A DNA stretch of 38,454 bases, taken from contig USLD01000001.1 of NCBI GenBank assembly GCA_900555495.1, forward strand, positions 1 to 38,454, in the 5' to 3' direction. The translations under genes and the position numbers were made by a program. This document shows positions 36,107-38,454 of this stretch, one piece after another; positions within the stretch are counted from its first letter, which is position 1, and every line of letters begins with the position of its first letter. Origin of the DNA: an uncultured Slackia sp. (GTDB lineage: Bacteria; Actinomycetota; Coriobacteriia; Coriobacteriales; Eggerthellaceae). Under the pieces are notes generated by a model, which was not told where the DNA came from, made no database searches, and saw only the letters and a program-made list of their open reading frames with translations.

Positions 36107-37357
36107 CTATTTGTAGTTGTCAGGGTTGGCGAATTTGTCGATATAGCGATGCACGTGGATCTTCATCCAAGCCCAACGCATCGGATTGAGGCGCAGGTCG
36201 GGAGCATAATCGAAACTCATAGACTCTTTACCCTGTGCGACCAGCTGCTTGGCACGCTCCACGAACTCGGGGTCTTTGACGTACTGGTACACCACCTTGC
36301 GCGGTACGGAATGCCAGAACACCTCGTTGGTGTTCTGCACGCATTCGCCCAGGTCGCGCTTGAATACACGGTCTTCCACCACGTAACGCGCGATATTGTG
36401 GCCTGCGGCCGTGACATGGTAGTTGGTGCGGCCCTGACGCAGATTGACCTCGAACACCTTGTAGGATCCGTCGCGGTCGTCGCGCTTGATATCGAAGTTC
36501 GCGAAGCCCGTGAACCCGATATTCTCGAGGAAGTTCTTGATGAGCTCCTGCAGCTCGGGGTTCGGCTGCGTGATGATGGCGCAGGGGTTGCCGAGCGCCG
36601 TAGGCGTGTGCTCTTCGAGGCCCTCGCGGCCGAAGCAGATCAGCTTCACCTTGCGGTTGCGGTCGCAGTAAGCGGTCAGGACGTTCATATTGCAGTCTTC
36701 GCCGACAACCATATCCTGCAGCAGCACCTCATCCGGATAACCCGCGCCGAAGATCAGGCTCAGGATGCGCAGAGCATCGGCCGGATTCTCAGCGGTGTAG
36801 ACCTTTTTCATGCCGTCGAAAGGATGCTCCCAATACGTCACGCTCATGGCGGGCTTCACGATGATGGGATACACGAACCCGACCGCCTCTTCGGACAGGT
36901 CGGCTTCGGTGAGTCCCTGGCTGAAGCGCTCGGGCGTCACAGCGAAGGTTTTCGGGTACGGAATGCCGTGCTCCTCGCACATGCGGTAGAAGCTCGATTT
37001 CGACTCGAGGCGGTCGCGCAGCTCGGCGTCGATGTAGAGCGTCACGCAGTTCTCGGGCAGGTCGTCCTGGATTTCGGAAAGCAGGGCCGCGTATACGTCG
37101 GCGCAGCCCCATACCAGGTGCATCGTGTCGGGATGCTTGGCCGCGAACTCCTTGACGGTGGCAAGAAGCACCTCGGGCTTATCGAGGTTCTCGTTGTAGC
37201 TGCATTCAACGATGCGGCTATGCATGGTGTCGCCCGCGGCGAAGCGGCCGAACGCATAGCTTTTCTTGCCGTACTGCTCATGGATGGCGCGAGCCACCGA
37301 GTAGCAGTTCATATCCCCGCCGATCAGTACGGGAATGAAGTCGATTTCCTCAGACAA
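36107..37357 (-). CDS. ATP-grasp carboxylate-amine ligase, D-aspartate ligase (Asl)-like
   Basis: F.PVLIGGD.N.YS.AR..HE.YG, K..FY..C..HGIPYPKT, YPIIVKP, LEEHTP...GN, GFANFD.K.D.RDG.YK.FE.N.RQGR. TTG start follows GGAG. Confidence 0.85.
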   Translation of the reverse strand: MSEEIDFIPVLIGGDMNCYSVARAIHEQYGKKSYAFGRFAAGDTMHSRIVECSYNENLDKPEVLLATVKEFAAKHPDTMHLVWGCADVYAALLSEIQDDLPENCVTLYIDAELRDRLESKSSFYRMCEEHGIPYPKTFAVTPERFSQGLTEADLSEEAVGFVYPIIVKPAMSVTYWEHPFDGMKKVYTAENPADALRILSLIFGAGYPDEVLLQDMVVGEDCNMNVLTAYCDRNRKVKLICFGREGLEEHTPTALGNPCAIITQPNPELQELIKNFLENIGFTGFANFDIKRDDRDGSYKVFEVNLRQGRTNYHVTAAGHNIARYVVEDRVFKRDLGECVQNTNEVFWHSVPRKVVYQYVKDPEFVERAKQLVAQGKESMSFDYAPDLRLNPMRWAWMKIHVHRYIDKFANPDNYK

Positions 37358-37489
37358 GGTTTCTCCTCGTTCAGTATCGGTACAGGCGAACGGGTTTGCC
37401 CGTTCGCCGCAAGCGCCTGCGATTATAGGCGAGAACGCCGTCTCACGTGTAAAACGCGGGGGCAGCAAAGGCGCATTGCGGCAAGACCC

Positions 37490-37933
37490 TTACGCCAGGC
37501 GGCTGCCTACTTCCTTCGCTGCGGCGGCCTTGTCGAAGTTTCCGCCGGTAGCGGCATTGAGCGCGCCCATGACCTTGCCCATGTCGCGCTTGGTCTCCGC
37601 GCCCACTTCGGCGATCGTCTTCTCGACCAGGGCGACCAGCTCGGCGCCTTCGATCTGCTTGGGCAGGTAGCCTTCGAGAATTTCGACCTGCTCTTTCAAC
37701 ATGGCCGTACGTTCCTCGTTATTGCCCGCCTTGGCGGATCCCTCGAGCGTTTCGCTGGTCTGCTTGACCAGGCGCTTCAGCATGGCGTCGACATCGGCCT
37801 CGACGATTTCGCGGCGCTCGTTGACCTCGATGTTTTTCACCTCGCCCAGAACCTGACGAAGAATGGACAGGCGGTTTTTATCGCGAGCGCGCATGGCGTT
37901 CTTGATTTCTTCCTGCAGTGCGGCGTATTCCAT
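37490..37933 (-). CDS. GatB/YqeY domain protein
   Basis: IKNAMRARDK.RL..LR, L..YLPKQ and KRDMGKVM. RBS GGAGG. Confidence 0.92.
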   Translation of the reverse strand: MEYAALQEEIKNAMRARDKNRLSILRQVLGEVKNIEVNERREIVEADVDAMLKRLVKQTSETLEGSAKAGNNEERTAMLKEQVEILEGYLPKQIEGAELVALVEKTIAEVGAETKRDMGKVMGALNAATGGNFDKAAAAKEVGSRLA

Positions 37934-38122
37934 GGTGCCTCCCCGTATCTCGTATCGCACGCCCGGCGGCGCGCGGATTTTGCCATACACCCAAGTATAA
38001 CGCGCGCGAAAAAGCGCGATGCGAAACGAACTGGAAACGCATCCGACCGCCCGAAACGACAGGCGAAGCGGCGCATACCGCGCCGAAGCGAAAGTTTGAA
38101 GGCCGCGCTAGAGGCACGCGAG

Positions 38123-38339
38123 GCTTACTTTGGAAAAAAGAACCGCCTCAGGTCAAAAAATGCGAGGTTTGGCACGAAGGCGTGAGGGAAGGCCGCCGTA
38201 TCGCTCGTGATAATCCACAAGATGATATAAAGCGCGGCATATCAATGCCGAAATAGCCCCGGAAAGCCGCGCACGCATCCGCACTCGTGGCATACCCTCG
38301 AAAAAATGACCTGAGACGCCTTCTTTTTCCAAGAAAGGC
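38123..38339. repeat. Long imperfect inverted repeat (about 50-bp arms)
   Basis: TTGGAAAAAAGAA..CTCAGGTCA..CGAGG..GGCACGA (38130-38177) pairs with TCGTGGCA..CCTCG..TGACCTGAG..TTCTTTTTCCAA (38285-38332). Confidence 0.65.
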
Positions 38340-38422
38340 AGACGGGCACTGGTGCGAACCCATAAACCAGCCAGGCAACGGGCGCCGATGCGAAAACGGC
38401 AAAGCGACCGGACGACTGGACG

Positions 38423-38451
38423 CAAAAAGGGCCGCCCCGAAGGAAGGCCCT
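38423..38451 (-). terminator. Probable terminator of a gene beyond the window end
   Basis: AGGGCC...GGCCCT stem with a T5 tract on the minus strand. Confidence 0.5.
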
Positions 38452-38454
38452 CAA

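Noticed and set aside
37386..37409. Perfect hairpin GGCGAACGGG/CCCGTTCGCC in the ligase 5' UTR
   Set aside because: No U-tract and no recognisable aptamer; most simply a 5' stabilising stem.
35213..38185. 990-aa plus-strand ORF
   Set aside because: Antisense shadow of asnB, the ATP-grasp ligase and the YqeY gene.
38203..38230. dif-like GATAA-TCCACA-AGATG
   Set aside because: The right arm lacks the TTATGT XerD consensus, and a nearby parS implies an origin-proximal rather than terminus location.

Overview
A GC-rich chromosomal segment, most likely from a Coriobacteriia/Eggerthellaceae genome. This is inferred from the transmembrane LuxR regulator, the gene content and the high GC. Most genes are housekeeping and lie on the minus strand: yhdT-panF, a GT2-TauE-LytS-LytTR cluster, queT, an OmpR/HK pair, a CpsY/MetR-like LysR with a MetE-C-type methionine synthase, an M18 aminopeptidase, purB, two TrkA genes, an envelope-stress block (PspC x2, CorC/HlyC, hemolysin III, YdbST), and a murE / asnB / D-Asp-ligase cell-wall module. 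The most notable observation is an intact 543-aa IS1634-like transposase that appears to have lost all three DDE catalytic residues yet keeps its own promoter, direct-repeat operator and terminator, making it a candidate domesticated transposase. Other unannotated items: a decayed IS200/IS605 tnpA with its end hairpins, three LytTR-type repeats at a 21-bp period, a structured queT leader (possible riboswitch), a perfect parS with a nearby phased DnaA-box-like/LysR-box AT-rich segment, a frameshifted Tat substrate, and a ~215-bp long inverted-repeat element. No CRISPR array, tRNA or rRNA was seen. All family assignments come from motif recognition by eye, not from database searches.
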